Source: Lytechinus pictus (taxonomy: Eukaryota). From it: DNA of 64,000 bases. The stretch lies in the NCBI RefSeq assembly GCF_037042905.1, contig NC_087254.1, positions 20,026,001 to 20,090,000 on the forward strand. Direction: 5' to 3'. The notes under the pieces were generated by a model. That model was not told where the DNA came from. It saw only the letters and a program-made list of their open reading frames with translations, and ran no database searches. How positions within the stretch are numbered: position 1 is the first letter of the stretch; the number at the start of each line of letters is the position of its first letter. Position numbers and translations under genes: made by a program. Below are positions 61,301-64,000 of this stretch, piece by piece.

Positions 61301-64000
61301 ACCACGACAAATGCAAGCATACCTCCATCACGCGGAAATTACAACCGAACGAATATGCAAATAATTAAGGTTTTAGCGGGGAACGGCATCAAAATATTTG
61401 GATATAAGTGGAATGAAAGAAGACGTCTTACGATCCAGTTGAGCGTAATGAAGACTATGCCTGAGGTTAGGGGATACGGTAGAGTCTAATGGAAGAAGAT
61501 GGTTGTTGGATGCGTATATGGTGGGGAGTTAATGGTCCGCCCCTCCAGCTAAAATACAGCTCTTATACTCCCTGGTATTGACTTAAAGGGAGGAAGATGG
61601 AAGTACAGGATCGACCACGGTTCGGAAGAGTATGGCATCAAAGGAAAAATACAGGATCCCGCGTGGAATAATTAAGAAAATATTCAGGTAATTAGGAGGT
61701 AGAATTGGGGATATGGCTTATTGCTGGCGAAATACGGCATGACGGCATGAGATAAGGATTAGGGATAGAGATAGCGTGCGTATTAATATTAATGAAATGA
61801 ATACGAAAAATTGAGAATCAGCTATTGCATTAAGACAGGTATCATAATGATATTGATGACGAGGATGATGGTGTTGACAGTGATGACGGTATATGGAAAT
61901 GTAATTTGAATATAAATGAGTTATGATAAATGGGATATTACGATGACAACAATAGTTCGATGTGTTTTTTTTTTGTGGGGGGGGGGGGACACATTCATGT
62001 GATTAATCGACATCATGGTGGAAGGGTCTAATGGGAGGGAAATATTCATCTCTTTCGAAATTCTATTTTTGTTATAAAAATTGAAAAGGACAAAAATAGT
62101 ATAATGAAAAAAAAAACCCGATGTTTGATTTTTTTTTTTTGGGGGGGGGGGTGGGAGGGGTGGGTATGCCCCCGAGACTACGTATCTGATAATTTGAAGC
62201 AGACATGGACAAAACGGAAGACAATTATGGTGTGGTGAAGATGATGATGAGCATTTGCAGGTGATCCAAACAATGTAGGCTACTCACTTGTCGAATGCAC
62301 ATCTTTGTGACAGTAAAGGTAAATTTACCGCATATTTTGGTAATACTATTGTTTGAAGGAAGTGCAGTGACGAAAATAGGCCTATGCGGTAACGGTATGG
62401 TGCAAATGTTGGTTTACCCTAAGAATATACTTTTTACTTAAGAAAAAAAATCTTTCCGCCTTCATTAGGACCTTGAGTAATATTTTGCCAGGGCGCCCCA
62501 TGACATTATTTTGAAAGGGGTCTATGGGGCAGGACGACCCTTAAAGGTGATGTCATTTCTTAATTCAATAATAAATGTATACAACCATTTGAATCCACCA
62601 AAGCTTTCTTGTTCATGCATGCTCTTCTTGCTACTTTCTTTCATTTTCTTTTCTCATATTCGCCCACGTTTTTCAAAAGTAAAATTCGTAGGAGGCATCA
62701 TCACCCGCCCGCCTGAGGCACCGGCACTGATTTTGGCTAAAATGAAACCAAATTTTGGTAAAGTTTGAGAGAATTGTATTTTCAAGGAGTAGATAGCGAT
62801 TGTAAACTTACGCGGAATACGTAGAAACAACAATCCACAAAGCAATTATTGACGCACCTCGAGGCGTTTTAGTTGACACGTTAATCAGATACTAATGAAG
62901 TTCGATTATCATGAAGCTTTTTCTGGCGGAAATGAGCCAAATATGGAGATTGGTCGAAATCTCTTACAAGGCATGGTTGACGGGCGTTGTTCATCTATTT
63001 TATATGCTCATTCGAACAGTGATAAATTACCATGGCAATATTGCTTTTATAGTGATTAGTCAACATTATGAAAAAGGGTCTCTTCATTTCATGTCTTACT
63101 TTATATTCAATTTTTCAACCCCGAACAATATTTTATATCCAGTCTACATGCTCTATAAGAATATTTCCCCTTGTTTATAAACTCTCTGTCTCTCTCCCTC
63201 TCTGTCTATTTATATGACTCTGTCTTTCTCCCCCCTCCCTCGCAACCTCATTATATACGCAGTAAAATACTTATAAAAATGTTCCTTTTTAGAATATGAT
63301 TCTTTCAGCGTCCATTCGATTTTGACAACATTCGCTCAAGATTTGCAATATAAGAAATGCAAATTGAATTGATTACTGGCAGAAATATGATATTCCTTAT
63401 CCCCCAGTGACATAGTTTCGATAACATCTACATGTACCAACCTCATGGGGAATATCTCATACTTGTTCTTTCACCCCCACACTTCAATACCCTAACAAAT
63501 CACCACAGTGACTTCATTTTGATCAATCATTGAGGAATAACATTAGTTTAGGAATACTGTAAAAACAGTATTTGGTAGCACTGCGGAATACCAAATTAAA
63601 AAAAAAAATCGGAATTTCAGTCATGTTTCAACTCAATTGCAGCTGAATAATACTTTTTCGAGAAACGTATCTTACTTTTCTTCAATCTTCGCCTTCATTC
63701 ACTGCATGCAACCTTAACTAATTTGTTTTGCTTGTGAGTCAATACGCAGTAATTAATCTATATTTGAAGAGAGACATATCAACCCGTATAGGACTCCAAG
63801 TTCAAAGTAATTTTGCTCTCTTGTTATCATGCTCATATAAACTCACACACGGATGTGGATTGTGTATGCATTTTTTATAAGGCGGTAAGCCCTACATCTA
63901 CTCGCCCCGGGCTAAATTGAAACATATTGGAATTGATTTGTTCAATGAAATGAATTATAGTTAAGATATACAGGATGACGTATATAGGGAACAGGAGAAT

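Overview
AT-rich, repeat-dense animal genomic DNA with three N-gaps. The SINE/MITE families, a Death-NACHT gene and an intronless NSWWN-type GPCR point to a sea urchin/echinoderm (inference). Five host genes are supported. Two are neighbouring two-exon genes for small 2-TM hairpin membrane proteins (5758-7479 and 10587-12925, +). One is a spliced Death-domain/NACHT (NLR-like) gene with no LRRs and a hydrophobic linker (16602-19290, +). One is a single-exon class A GPCR (20727-21707, -). The fifth is a third 2-TM protein (49936-50385, -). Mobile DNA includes a near-intact Rex1/Babar LINE, a decayed CR1/L2-group LINE, LINE 3' stubs, three tRNA-derived SINEs, many (often nested) MITEs and two ~3-kb foldback elements. 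The most unusual signals are: (i) a complete tRNA-Glu-like cloverleaf with a UCA (opal-reading) anticodon and Pol III terminator, inside an inverted-duplicated, (TA)n-embedded repeat; (ii) a signal-peptide-like leader separated from the Rex1 polyprotein by one in-frame TGA; (iii) a Death-hydrophobic segment-NACHT protein without LRRs; (iv) a group of 2-TM genes, two sharing one exon layout. Everything was read by eye; no searches were run.
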